From the IMG/VR virus record IMGVR_UViG_3300032116_000114, positions 1 to 64,000 of that record: 64,000 nt of DNA; one strand, given 5' to 3'. The notes under the pieces are model-generated. The model searched no databases. It worked only from the letters and a program-made list of their open reading frames with translations, and was not told the origin of the DNA. Made by a program: the position numbers and the translations under genes. The stretch is from an uncultured virus (IMG/VR IMGVR_UViG_3300032116_000114). Its lineage: Duplodnaviria > Heunggongvirae > Uroviricota > Caudoviricetes. Positions 29,360-39,378 of this stretch are shown one piece after another (position 1 is the stretch's first letter; every line of letters starts with the position of its first letter).

Positions 29360-31000
29360 TTATTGCGGATCCAGATCAAGTCTCCAGTATCCTGACGCAT
29401 ATTCGCCTTCAAAACTCTTCATCCATTGTCCGTCGGCTCCCCAACGATATTGGATACCAGTTTTTAAATTTTGGAAAAGAATGCTGATTTCTAAAAATTT
29501 ATCGTTATCCGAAGGAATAGCTGTATTTTCTTCTTGAGTTATATTGGCTGTGGCACGATAGGCAACACCGTCGTATATCACAATTTGGTTTAGACTATAT
29601 GCAATTAATGAATATTGAGAAGGCAAGGGATTTGAAACAACCCATGTAAGCATTAGATTGACCCATTCAGTACCACTCCACTCTATAATACTGTTAGCTG
29701 CAATAACTGGATCGCTACCGTTTAAATTTTTCCATGCATCTGGACCATCATATGTAAACTGTGGATTAAACGGTGGATTTTTAACAACGGTACCAACTGA
29801 TGTACTAGGATTAACATCGTCGAGCACCAAATATCTTACACCTGCTACGATAGCTTGATCAGACGATTCTTTATTGGGTCTTTTAGGATTGAACTTGTAG
29901 GGATCAACAATAGCATCAACGGTGGTTCTTCCACTAGGATATACTGAGCTGTATAATACAGTATTAGATGGTCGATCTTCTAGGCTAACGAGCAATCGAG
30001 TAGGATCTAGTTCGTTTACTACAAATGTACCACCTAACTCATTACCGTCAGCTTGCAAAAAGAATATTTTACTGATCCCAGAAATATATCCACCGTACAT
30101 GTTTATAACGGTATTCCAATCAACTAGTTCTCCAGTCTTTGTAGGAGGTTCTAATTTGTTAGCTATTATAACTTCATTAGGAGAAACAATAGAAACATCA
30201 AAATCATTGTCTTGATCATTATTGCTCTTTAATAATAGAACTCTAAAACGCCCGTTGACATTTCTAGTATGAATTGTGTTGCCTGTGCCGGCATAGATTA
30301 AATCATCTAGTGATAATATGTCGCCTGTTTCGCCAAACACGTTGGCAACAATGTTTCTAATAACTCCAAGTTTCTTAACTTTGGCAGGTGGACTAATATA
30401 GATAGGCATTTTAAATTCTATTGAACAAATATCTATTTCGCTTTCGTTGCCTTGTGGTATTGTTCTTGAACTGAAATTAAGAGTTGAAAGATCTATAACA
30501 CTGAGACTGGTCCAGTCAATGTAGTTGTCCGTAGTTTGAATTTCTAAACTGGGATTAAACAACACCAGTATCTGTTCCATTAGTTGAAGTTTCTGATCAG
30601 TGTTTGAAGTCCATATATCTGCTTTCATAGATAATTTAAACGGAGTGGGCATTAGTCTTTCAACGGTATAGCCTGCACCTTGGTAGTTTTTATAACCAAC
30701 TTCTCCGTTTTCTTCAGTCCAAGCACGTTCACTGATATTTAACTTGCTGACAAAACTAGCATCAGCTAGTCTACTAGTATCCATTTCTAATCCACTAATA
30801 TAGCAAGCAATTTTAGGCACAGTGGACATTTTATTTTCTGAATTTTCTTTGATAATAGCAGCCACTTGTCTAGTCATGTCGCCATACATCACTGGCACAT
30901 GGCGTATAGTTCCGTCGCCAGTTTTATATTTGAAACCTATGAACACACGCATGAATTGTGTGACATATCGTCTTATCTGCCCATCATAAAAATAATCCAT
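29360..31000 (-). CDS. gp15: Tail terminator / sheath stabiliser, T4 gp15-like, with C-terminal extension
   Basis: N-terminal YFYDGQIRRYVTQFMRVF...VPVMYG, QLMEQILVLFNPSL; lies next to the neck genes. Confidence 0.75.
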   Translation of the reverse strand: MDYFYDGQIRRYVTQFMRVFIGFKYKTGDGTIRHVPVMYGDMTRQVAAIIKENSENKMSTVPKIACYISGLEMDTSRLADASFVSKLNISERAWTEENGEVGYKNYQGAGYTVERLMPTPFKLSMKADIWTSNTDQKLQLMEQILVLFNPSLEIQTTDNYIDWTSLSVIDLSTLNFSSRTIPQGNESEIDICSIEFKMPIYISPPAKVKKLGVIRNIVANVFGETGDILSLDDLIYAGTGNTIHTRNVNGRFRVLLLKSNNDQDNDFDVSIVSPNEVIIANKLEPPTKTGELVDWNTVINMYGGYISGISKIFFLQADGNELGGTFVVNELDPTRLLVSLEDRPSNTVLYSSVYPSGRTTVDAIVDPYKFNPKRPNKESSDQAIVAGVRYLVLDDVNPSTSVGTVVKNPPFNPQFTYDGPDAWKNLNGSDPVIAANSIIEWSGTEWVNLMLTWVVSNPLPSQYSLIAYSLNQIVIYDGVAYRATANITQEENTAIPSDNDKFLEISILFQNLKTGIQYRWGADGQWMKSFEGEYASGYWRLDLDPQ

Positions 31001-32265
31001 TACTCGTCCGCCTTTGGTCTAAGCGCCTTACTAAGGCTTTGCTTCTCTTTAATTGTGTGCCCGTTAACATTGGCCTCAGCATTGTTATTAATAAAACTAG
31101 TCTTTTGTGTTAATCTTACTTCTTTGTCTAAGAATACGTTGTCGGGTGACCCACCATTAATAACATCCTCGTGTCCCATATTACTCATAGTCATTCGATT
31201 TACATCCTCTACTTTTATCCATCTAGTGCCGTTGTATCTAAACAATCTCTTAGGTAGATAATCTGTTCTTAAACAGAACTGCCCGATAGACGGAGTAATA
31301 GGAAATGTAATTCCTGCGGTAAATGGCGCACCGTTTGGTGGAATACCGTCGCCGTCACCTGTCATAGGACCGTTGTATTCTGGACTCTGATATATGGTAC
31401 TAGCAGTTGCTCCCACATATATTGGATTGTTATCGTCGTCAAACAACAAATTACCGTTGGCATCTGTTGCTTGAGTTTGATGACTGGCAAGATTTATTGT
31501 ACCCGATGCATCTACAAGTTCTACCCTGCCATTATCATCTTTTTGTATCATGTAATGACGTGTAGTATCGTATCCACTTTTAGGAGCATCACTTTCTGCT
31601 TGATCAAGAACTGCCTGTGTAATCTGCATTTCTTTTTCATATGTTGACATGATATCACGCAATGTTTTATCGCTGCCTTCTCCGGCAACACCATCTAGAA
31701 TGTCTTTAAATTCTTGACTGTCAACTAAAGGTTTGCATTTTGCACGATAAAGATGTGGATACCAAGTTACTGAAAATCCTTCAGCAGCTCGGCTAACTTC
31801 TTCTATGACGAAAAATCTTTTTAACGCAAACTGTAAATCGTTAAGTGCATACTCGTCTTTTAAGTGAGGAAGTTCAATGACATCTCCTGCAATAATTTTA
31901 CGGCCTAATTTTTCCACAGTGTCATTGATGTGAAAGGTGATAAAAATAGTGTCGTTTTGTAGGAACAAGCCAAACTGGCTTAGATTAAAATCTATATCTT
32001 GTAGACTATAAACTCCACGCAACTGATAAATGTCGGGATCGTATTTTCTGTCTCTATTTTCTAAAAATAGTAGGTCTTGAATATTGCTTACACTATCTCC
32101 TGTATAATTAGGAGTAGATGGTGTGTTTTCAGAACTTGTACCGGGCCCTATATACTTATGAACAAGTACATCCGTACCGCCAACCTGGAACATTTCCCAG
32201 GCGGTTTTATCTATAAATTTGTAGTCATTGCCCTTTTCGGGACGGTAAAGAGAGAGTCTTGGCAT
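31000..32265 (-). CDS. gp14: Neck protein, T4 gp14-like
   Basis: LSQFGLFLQNDTIFITF...GDVIELP...FFVIEEV. Start revised to ATG 32265 (MPRLSLY), just downstream of a minus-strand TAAATA. Confidence 0.65.
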   Translation of the reverse strand: MPRLSLYRPEKGNDYKFIDKTAWEMFQVGGTDVLVHKYIGPGTSSENTPSTPNYTGDSVSNIQDLLFLENRDRKYDPDIYQLRGVYSLQDIDFNLSQFGLFLQNDTIFITFHINDTVEKLGRKIIAGDVIELPHLKDEYALNDLQFALKRFFVIEEVSRAAEGFSVTWYPHLYRAKCKPLVDSQEFKDILDGVAGEGSDKTLRDIMSTYEKEMQITQAVLDQAESDAPKSGYDTTRHYMIQKDDNGRVELVDASGTINLASHQTQATDANGNLLFDDDNNPIYVGATASTIYQSPEYNGPMTGDGDGIPPNGAPFTAGITFPITPSIGQFCLRTDYLPKRLFRYNGTRWIKVEDVNRMTMSNMGHEDVINGGSPDNVFLDKEVRLTQKTSFINNNAEANVNGHTIKEKQSLSKALRPKADE

Positions 32266-32272
32266 AGTAGTA

Positions 32273-32293
32273 TATTTACCGCTACGATAAATA
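32273..32293. promoter_or_regulatory. Back-to-back late promoters (TATTTA / TAAATA)
   Basis: TATTTA at 32273-32278 serves gp14 and TAAATA at 32288-32293 serves gp13, inside a 33-bp divergent gap. Confidence 0.7.
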
Positions 32294-32298
32294 ACAGT

Positions 32299-33057
32299 AT
32301 GAGCCAAATTGATCAATCCAAACAAAGCGTGTACGATTACTGTAAAACCATGCTGGGCGACGGCATGATTGATGTAGAACTAGATCCTATACACTACGAA
32401 ACTGCCCTAACCCGCAGTCTAGGCGTTTTCCGCCAACGTTCAGATAATGCTGTAGAAGAAAGCTATATGTTTTTGACACTTCAAGAAAATCAAAACGACT
32501 ATATTCTACCAAAAGAAGTTCAGCAGGTACGACAGATTTTTAGACGATCAGTGGGCTCAAGAACCGGCAATGGTACTGGTGGCACTGTATTTGAACCATT
32601 CAACTTGGCCTATACAAATACCTATTTGTTATCATCAACAAACATGGGCGGCCTACTAACCTATGAATTGTTTAGTCAGTATCAGGAACTAGTAGGCAAA
32701 ATGTTTGGATCATTTATTGGTTTTAATTGGCATCCACAGAGTCGAAAACTAACAATCTTACAGCGTCCCCGTGGATTTGAAGAAATCATGATACAGGTTT
32801 ATAATACTAAGCCCGACTTTGCCATCATTGAAGATACCTATGCAGGGCAATGGATCAAAGACTATACATTGGCCAACTGTAAAATGATGCTTGGACAGGC
32901 ACGTGAAAAATTTGCTCAAATTGCAGGACCCGGAGGCGGCAGCAGTCTCAACGGCGCTGCTATGAAATCAGAAGCAACTGCTGATTTGGAAAGATTGACT
33001 AAAGAACTAGAAACGCTAGTATCAGGTGGCAGCGGATACACATTCATAATTGGTTAA
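32299..33057 (+). CDS. gp13: Neck protein, T4 gp13-like
   Basis: YCKTMLGDGMIDVELD, WIKDYTLANCKMMLGQAREKF, GGSSLNG. Start revised to ATG 32299 because the longer ORF overlaps gp14. Confidence 0.85.
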   Translation: MSQIDQSKQSVYDYCKTMLGDGMIDVELDPIHYETALTRSLGVFRQRSDNAVEESYMFLTLQENQNDYILPKEVQQVRQIFRRSVGSRTGNGTGGTVFEPFNLAYTNTYLLSSTNMGGLLTYELFSQYQELVGKMFGSFIGFNWHPQSRKLTILQRPRGFEEIMIQVYNTKPDFAIIEDTYAGQWIKDYTLANCKMMLGQAREKFAQIAGPGGGSSLNGAAMKSEATADLERLTKELETLVSGGSGYTFIIG

Positions 33058-33063
33058 ATTTAT

Positions 33064-33092
33064 TTGACCTTATAAACTTTCTATAGTATAAT
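33064..33092 (+). promoter_or_regulatory. Sigma70-type (early) promoter
   Basis: TTGACC-17 nt-TATAAT upstream of the dNMP kinase; AGGAG RBS follows. Confidence 0.75.
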
Positions 33093-33112
33093 GTATCTAA
33101 TAGGAGACATTT

Positions 33113-33769
33113 ATGATTATAGGAATATGCGGATTTATTGGCAGCGGCAAGGACACAGTCGCTGACTATCTAGTTAACTTCCACGAATTTAGAAGAGAAA
33201 GTTTTGCATCAACACTAAAAGATGCTGTTGCCCATGTATTCGGCTGGGACAGAACCATGTTAGAAGGGCGCACTAAAGAAGCTCGCGAATGGCGAGAGCA
33301 AGTTGATACTTGGTGGGCTGAACGATTAGACATGCCTACATTAACTCCTAGATGGGTATTACAATATTGGGGTACAGAAGTTTGCCGTAAAGCATTTCAT
33401 GATGATATCTGGATTGCCAGTTTAGAAAACAAAATACGCAATAGTAAAGATCATGTGGTAATTAGTGATTGTCGTTTTCCTAACGAAATTGAAGCTATTA
33501 AAAAAGCAGGTGGAAAAATTTATTGGGTGCAGCGAGGTGATCTACCCGCATGGTATGAAGACGCCCTTAGCGCAAATCAAGGCAACAACGTTGGATTAAA
33601 TTCTATGAAAATGAAAAAGATCCATGCCAGCGAGTGGGCATGGATTGGTTGTAAATTTGATGGAATTATAGATAACAACGGATCTATTGATGAATTATAT
33701 GATCGATCAAAAGGCCTAGTAATCGGCGACGAGATCCCCTTGCCGCCACATTATTCCGTCCTTGCCTAA
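33113..33769 (+). CDS. gp1: Deoxynucleoside monophosphate kinase, T4 gp1-like
   Basis: IIGICGFIGSGKDT P-loop, FAxxLKD, TPRWVLQYWGTEV, VISDCRFPNE, HASE. Confidence 0.9.
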   Translation: MIIGICGFIGSGKDTVADYLVNFHEFRRESFASTLKDAVAHVFGWDRTMLEGRTKEAREWREQVDTWWAERLDMPTLTPRWVLQYWGTEVCRKAFHDDIWIASLENKIRNSKDHVVISDCRFPNEIEAIKKAGGKIYWVQRGDLPAWYEDALSANQGNNVGLNSMKMKKIHASEWAWIGCKFDGIIDNNGSIDELYDRSKGLVIGDEIPLPPHYSVLA

Positions 33770-34051
33770 CACAGTAGCACAGTTGACACAGACAGTTTTT
33801 AGATTGCTGTGCCTACAATTGTTGAGATCACCGTCAACGTGAAATACTCTAAAAACTTCAGAATGCATTGATTTAAAACCGCATTTATCACATTGTGATT
33901 TTATCCTATACCCTGCTCTAGCCCAGCGGGGTATTCCATGATTAACTCCGTGCGACATGCAGATTTCACATAGACTACGATAGTAAATCTTGTCATTCTT
34001 TTTATAATTAACAGCACGGGGTCGTTGTCCGCACCTACAAAGTGGTCTCAT
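33716..34051 (-). CDS. Zn-binding HNH endonuclease-like protein
   Basis: CxC, CxxC and CxxCG pairs plus HVDGDLNNCRHSNLKTVCVNC. Confidence 0.7.
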   Translation of the reverse strand: MRPLCRCGQRPRAVNYKKNDKIYYRSLCEICMSHGVNHGIPRWARAGYRIKSQCDKCGFKSMHSEVFRVFHVDGDLNNCRHSNLKTVCVNCATVLGKDGIMWRQGDLVADY

Positions 34052-34056
34052 ATATC

Positions 34057-34124
34057 TATTTACACCTTTTCAACCCCTTTTCTTCTAGGTATAACGTACC
34101 AATTTTAGCGGATACCGCTAAATA
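34057..34124. promoter_or_regulatory. Divergent late promoters for the HNH gene and the tail sheath, with an inverted repeat
   Basis: TATTTA at 34057-34062, TAAATA at 34119-34124, and TTTAGCGG-ata-CCGCTAAA at 34104-34122. Confidence 0.6.
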
Positions 34125-34155
34125 ATATGAGCAACTATTACCAGGAGAATAGGGA

Positions 34156-37100
34156 ATGGCACTAATATCACCCGGCGTACAAGTTACAGTAATTGATGAG
34201 AGTTTTTACACACCAGCAGAACCTGGTACGACTCCTCTTATTGTAATTGCAACCGCAGAAAACAAATCTAATGCAGCAGGTACAGGTACTGCCGCAGGAA
34301 CAACACCGGCTAACACCGGCAAAGCATTTAAGATCACTAGTCAACGAGAACTTGTTGACACTTACGGTGTTCCTTTCTTTGAGAAGACAGCGTCTTCGAG
34401 CCCTATACATGGTGGCGAAAGAAACGAATATGGTTTACTAGCAGCATATAGCTTCTTGGGTGTATCTAACGCAGCATTCATTGTTCGTGCTGATGTCAAT
34501 CTAGACGAACTTGAAGGTCAAACAACCGCCCCGGGAGCAGAGCCAGCAGATGGCGCATGGTGGTTTGATACAAGAGCAACATCCTGGGGTATCCAAGAGT
34601 GGAATGGCGCAGCAGCTACCACAACAGGCGGCCAGAAGTTTGCAGTAAAAACTCCATTGGTATTAACTGATGACGATACAGTAAAAATTGATTCAGGCAC
34701 ACGGAAACCAAAAGATTCAGTAGGCTCCATTGGTGATTATGCGGTGGTTGCACAAACTATCGGCAATACCGGCGAAGCTGGATTTAGCTTGTTTAAAGAG
34801 CCAGTTGTAATTTATTACAAGAGAAACACTACATTGTTAGGCGGCGACACCTGGGTAGAAGTTGGTAGCAACGACTGGGCACAAAGCCATCCTACAGTCA
34901 GCGGAGCAACTACTGTTGGCACATTAACACCTTCTAATACTTTTTATATTAACGGCACACTGATAACTGTTGTTTCAAATCTTACAACATTAGCTAACAA
35001 TATTACATTAGCAGTAGACGGTGTTCAAGCAGTCGTAAGCAATAACAGATTATATTTGCATTCTGATAGCGGTAATTTATCAGCATCTGATGATTCAACA
35101 AATTCAGATGCTATTATTATTGCAGGTGGTGGTACAAATTCTGCAACAGCACTAACTGAGTTAGGTCTAGCAATTGGTACTTATTTCAGTCCAGCATTGC
35201 AACAAACTCCACACACAAGTGTTCCGGAGTGGAAATCAACAAACACTAAGCCACGCCCTACAGGTTCTGTATGGATCAAAACAACTGAGCCTAACTATGG
35301 TGCTCGTTGGATTGTCAAGCGTTGGAATGCAGCAACTAAGACATGGGTTGAATATTCAGCTCCTATCTATTCTAGCACACATGCAGCCCTTTACTACTTA
35401 GATCGTAGTGGTGGAGGCGTTGGAATCGCTGCAAACAGCCTGTTTGTTCAAAGTAATAGCACTGAAAATTCTTCTATCGATGCTACTCCAGAAACTACAT
35501 CCTTTAGACTATGGAAGAGAGCAACTACAGGAAATACTGTAATTACTTCCGATGTCATTGGTTCCGGAACATTTAGCGTTGGTCAAAACACGTTTACGAT
35601 TGCAGAATCATTAAAAGGTAGAGTAACATTAGGAACATCAAATGGCGCATTGCCTACTCCTGCATATGCTCCTGTCACTGTTTCTTTCTCAGCTCTTGGA
35701 AATTCTACTGATGCTGAAACACTAGCAACTGAAATTAATGCAGCCGGACTAACAAATGTTGAAGCTGCGGTTACTGCCGATAACGAAGTACAAATTTATC
35801 ACAAACAAGGTGGTGATATGCGCTTCACAGACGGTACCTTTAATCCAATTACTAGTGTATTTGCAGCATATGATATCGACACAGGTGACGGTACACAAAA
35901 TTTATATGCAGTAGGTACTGGAGCAACAGAAACTTTTGTAGCAACTAACTGGATTCCGTTAGCTGCCGACGATTATAATGCTACAGCATCCACTCCGTTG
36001 GCAGAACCACAAGATGGTCAATTGTGGTATAACCCAGCGTTTGATCAAGTTGACATGATGGTCCACAACGGCGAAATTTGGGTTGGATACAAAGATGCAT
36101 CAAGTCCTTATACAGGAACTGATGTTAATGGTCCTATTGTTGCAGCCAGCGAGCCAACAAAACAAAGTGGCGGCAGTAATTTAGCCAACGGCGATCTTTG
36201 GATTAGTACAGCAGATTTAGAAAACTTTCCAACTATCTATCGCTATGATGGATTAAATTTAGAATGGGTTTTAGTTGACAAAACAGATCAAACTACAGAA
36301 GACGGTGTTCTATTTGCCGATGCACGTTATGGTGCAAGTGGTGCAACCGGTAATACAGCAGCAACGATTAAAGACTTGTTAAGCAGTAACTATGTAGACT
36401 TTGACTGTCCAGATCCAGCACTATATCCAAAAGGTATGTTGTTATGGAACCTACGTAGAAGTGGTGGCAACGTTAAACGTTATGCTAACAGCTACATCGA
36501 TACAGCAGCTAAGAACGTCCGCTACGAAGCATTTTATAACGATGCCGGCAATAGTCCAGTAATTGGTGACGGACAAAGTGCTTATGCAACTGATCGTTGG
36601 ATTACAGCTTCTCCAAATAACGAAGACGGTTCAGGATCATTTGGTCGTAAAGCTCAACGTGCTCTAGTTGTACAAAAACTAAAGAGCGTTATCGATACAA
36701 GTTCAGAAATCCGTGACGAAGAGCGTAGAAACTTTAACCTAATTGCTTGCCCTGGATATCCAGAAGCATACAGCAACTTGATCAACTTGAACTTAGATCG
36801 CGGCATGACAGCGTTTGTTCTAGGTGATACACCATTACGATTACCATCGGATGCAACAAGCCTAACAGCTTGGGGCACTAATGCTAACGGAGCACTAGAC
36901 AACGGTGATACAGGTATTGTTAGCTATGACGAGTATTCAGCAGTTTGGTATCCAAACGGATTTACCACAGACTTGGGCGGTGCTAACGCAGTTGTTCCAG
37001 CAACACACATGATGTTGCGTACAATCGCTCTAAGCGACCAAGTTAGCTATCCATGGTTTGCACCAGCAGGTACAAGACGTGGTGGTATTACCAATGCAAC

Positions 37101-37578
37101 AGGCGTTGGCTACATTGATGCAGCAACTGGTGAATTCCAGTCAGTGGCATTGAACGAAGGTCAACGCGATACATTGTATGATCTAAAAGTTAATCCAATT
37201 CCATTCTTTGTTGGAGTTGGTCTAGTTGCGTACGGTCAAAAGACTCGTGCAAGAAATGCATCAGCATTAGATCGTATTAACGTAGCACGTTTAACAGTAT
37301 ATCTACGTAGTCAGTTGACTAAACTTGCTCGTCCTTATATCTTTGAACCAAATGACAAGATTACACGAGACGAGATTAAAGGCGCTGTTGAGAGTCTATT
37401 GATCGAGTTGGTAGGCTTACGTGCTCTATATGACTTCGCAGTAGTTTGCGACGAGTCTAATAACACAAATGCAAGAGTCGATCGCAACGAGCTATGGGTA
37501 GATATTGCTATTGAGCCAGTAAAAGCGGTAGAATTTATTTACATTCCATTGCGTATTAAGAATACAGGAGAAATTTAA
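34156..37578 (+). CDS. gp18: Tail sheath protein, T4 gp18-like, with large insertions
   Basis: N-terminal LISPGVQVTVIDES; C-terminal PWFAPAGTRRG, YGQKT...SALDRINVARL, FEPNDKITR, VVCDESNNT, IEPVKAVEFIYI. Confidence 0.95.
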   Translation: MALISPGVQVTVIDESFYTPAEPGTTPLIVIATAENKSNAAGTGTAAGTTPANTGKAFKITSQRELVDTYGVPFFEKTASSSPIHGGERNEYGLLAAYSFLGVSNAAFIVRADVNLDELEGQTTAPGAEPADGAWWFDTRATSWGIQEWNGAAATTTGGQKFAVKTPLVLTDDDTVKIDSGTRKPKDSVGSIGDYAVVAQTIGNTGEAGFSLFKEPVVIYYKRNTTLLGGDTWVEVGSNDWAQSHPTVSGATTVGTLTPSNTFYINGTLITVVSNLTTLANNITLAVDGVQAVVSNNRLYLHSDSGNLSASDDSTNSDAIIIAGGGTNSATALTELGLAIGTYFSPALQQTPHTSVPEWKSTNTKPRPTGSVWIKTTEPNYGARWIVKRWNAATKTWVEYSAPIYSSTHAALYYLDRSGGGVGIAANSLFVQSNSTENSSIDATPETTSFRLWKRATTGNTVITSDVIGSGTFSVGQNTFTIAESLKGRVTLGTSNGALPTPAYAPVTVSFSALGNSTDAETLATEINAAGLTNVEAAVTADNEVQIYHKQGGDMRFTDGTFNPITSVFAAYDIDTGDGTQNLYAVGTGATETFVATNWIPLAADDYNATASTPLAEPQDGQLWYNPAFDQVDMMVHNGEIWVGYKDASSPYTGTDVNGPIVAASEPTKQSGGSNLANGDLWISTADLENFPTIYRYDGLNLEWVLVDKTDQTTEDGVLFADARYGASGATGNTAATIKDLLSSNYVDFDCPDPALYPKGMLLWNLRRSGGNVKRYANSYIDTAAKNVRYEAFYNDAGNSPVIGDGQSAYATDRWITASPNNEDGSGSFGRKAQRALVVQKLKSVIDTSSEIRDEERRNFNLIACPGYPEAYSNLINLNLDRGMTAFVLGDTPLRLPSDATSLTAWGTNANGALDNGDTGIVSYDEYSAVWYPNGFTTDLGGANAVVPATHMMLRTIALSDQVSYPWFAPAGTRRGGITNATGVGYIDAATGEFQSVALNEGQRDTLYDLKVNPIPFFVGVGLVAYGQKTRARNASALDRINVARLTVYLRSQLTKLARPYIFEPNDKITRDEIKGAVESLLIELVGLRALYDFAVVCDESNNTNARVDRNELWVDIAIEPVKAVEFIYIPLRIKNTGEI

Positions 37579-37580
37579 AA

Positions 37581-38213
37581 ATGGCACTAACTTCCTTAAA
37601 TAGAATTTCGGTTCCTACTTCAAACGGCAACAGCGGCACTGCGCTGCTGATGCCAAAACTAAAATATCGCTTTAGGGTGCTATTGCTAGGTTTTGGTGTT
37701 GAAGCTAGTACAGAATTAACAAAACAAGTTTCTGACGTTACTAGACCAACAGTAACTTTTGAAGAAATGACAATTGAGATCTACAACTCAAAGGTCAAAC
37801 TTGCTGGTAAACCATCGTGGGGCGATTTTACATTGAATCTTCGTGATGATGCTAACGGACAGGTGCAAAAGATTGTTGGACAACAGATCCAGAAACAATA
37901 CGATTTCATGGAACAGGCTTCTGCACGTTCTGGTATTGATTATAAATTCCAAATGAACATCGAAATGTTAGATGGTGGCAACGGAACATTGGAACCAAAC
38001 ATCCTTGAAAAATGGGAAATTTATGGTTGTTTTGTTTCTGAAGTAAACTACGGTGAAGCTAACTACGGAACAAACGAACCAATGTCTATAGCACTAACCA
38101 TCAAGTGTGATAATGCTGTTCAGTTTGCAGGTGCAAACGGTACAGGCCCAGAGCGTGGTATCGGAGCACTGGTTGGAAGAACTATTGGCGAATCAGTAAC
38201 TGGTCGCGGTTAA
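37581..38213 (+). CDS. gp19: Tail tube protein, T4 gp19-like
   Basis: Immediately follows the sheath; PKLKYRFRV, RPTVTFEE, KLAGKPSW, WEIYGCF. Confidence 0.85.
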   Translation: MALTSLNRISVPTSNGNSGTALLMPKLKYRFRVLLLGFGVEASTELTKQVSDVTRPTVTFEEMTIEIYNSKVKLAGKPSWGDFTLNLRDDANGQVQKIVGQQIQKQYDFMEQASARSGIDYKFQMNIEMLDGGNGTLEPNILEKWEIYGCFVSEVNYGEANYGTNEPMSIALTIKCDNAVQFAGANGTGPERGIGALVGRTIGESVTGRG

Positions 38214-38227
38214 TAGTTTTAACTATT

Positions 38228-38258
38228 AAAAAACCTGGATTAAACTCCAGGTTTTTTT
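38228..38258. terminator. Intrinsic terminator
   Basis: AAAAACCTGGA-ttaaac-TCCAGGTTTTTTT after the tube gene. Confidence 0.8.
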
Positions 38259-38274
38259 ACGACTAAATAATTGT

Positions 38275-39378
38275 ATGTCAAATGTATTCACAAGATTTCT
38301 TGGTGGTGTCGGAGACGGCCTACTAACACCTAAAGGTGGCCTAGCCAGCTGGCGCCATGCTAGCAGATTGTTTGTAGAAAACGGCTACAGGATGATGCCT
38401 CGTAGCAAGTTCATGTTCTATGTGAAATTTGAAATTAACAAGAGCGTGTTAACATCTGCAACATTTACAAACACTCATGCTGATGAAATTGGCTATTTGA
38501 TAAAAAGTACAGATCTACCCAAGTATAAATTTGAAACAGTCACTAAAAATCAATACAATAGAAAACACATAATTTATAAAAACTTCAGTTATGAAGGCAT
38601 CAGCATGAAATTTCATGACGATACCGCTGGCGTTATAAATGCGTTATGGGCATTGTATATGGGATCATATGTACAGGATCGACATAATCCAGAAGCTGCA
38701 TTTTCAAAAACTAACCTACAGGCATCAGGAACAGCATTTGAAGGTTTTAGATACAGCCTAGACAGACAAGGAAAAACAGTAGACTTCTTTGACTCTATTA
38801 CCATATTTACTATGAGTCGAAGACGTTTTTTAAGTTATAAACTAATCAATCCAAAAATAACAAGTTGGCAGCACGGTGATGCTGGTTATTCGGCAAATGA
38901 GTTTAATGAGATGTCAATGAATATAGAATACGAATCGGTTGTTTACGGTTCTGGAAATGTTTCACGTGACACACCCAAAGGCTTTGCCAATCTTTATTAT
39001 GATAATGTACCTAGCCCGTTGACTGTAGCAGGTGGCGGCGTAGGAAATCTATTAGGTGAAGGCGGAGTACTAGATGGTTTAGAAGGTATATTCGGGGACG
39101 TTGCAGGCGGATCAGCATTTGGCAGTGTGGGTGGATTTTTAGGGACAGCCATAAAAGCAGTGAACACCGCAAAGAATATTGGAAAACTATCTGGTGCAAG
39201 TTTACGGAACGAAGCTATTAATGTTTTAAGTAGTCCGGCAGCGATTAGTGGAATTATAGGTAGTGTTGGCGGAATAGTAGGATTAGTATTGCCTAAAAAT
39301 TCTGGAAATATCGACAATACTCCAGCCACACAACGATCAATAGTACCTCCCGTCCAAGACCTTGGAGAATTTTTATAA
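38275..39378 (+). CDS. Tube-fold baseplate protein (gp54/gp48-like tail tube initiator)
   Basis: KSTDLPKY...NQYNRK...YEGISMKFHDD, LINPKITSW, MNIEYE tube-family pattern; Gly-rich C-terminal tail. Confidence 0.6.
   Translation: MSNVFTRFLGGVGDGLLTPKGGLASWRHASRLFVENGYRMMPRSKFMFYVKFEINKSVLTSATFTNTHADEIGYLIKSTDLPKYKFETVTKNQYNRKHIIYKNFSYEGISMKFHDDTAGVINALWALYMGSYVQDRHNPEAAFSKTNLQASGTAFEGFRYSLDRQGKTVDFFDSITIFTMSRRRFLSYKLINPKITSWQHGDAGYSANEFNEMSMNIEYESVVYGSGNVSRDTPKGFANLYYDNVPSPLTVAGGGVGNLLGEGGVLDGLEGIFGDVAGGSAFGSVGGFLGTAIKAVNTAKNIGKLSGASLRNEAINVLSSPAAISGIIGSVGGIVGLVLPKNSGNIDNTPATQRSIVPPVQDLGEFL

Noticed and set aside
32077..32325. N-terminal extensions of gp13 and gp14 given in the ORF track
   Set aside because: They would overlap head to head. 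Starts at 32299 and 32265 fit the protein motifs and the paired late promoters.
33716..34051. Mobile homing endonuclease or intron
   Set aside because: The HNH-like gene is freestanding with its own late promoter, and the neighbouring gp1 and gp18 genes are uninterrupted.
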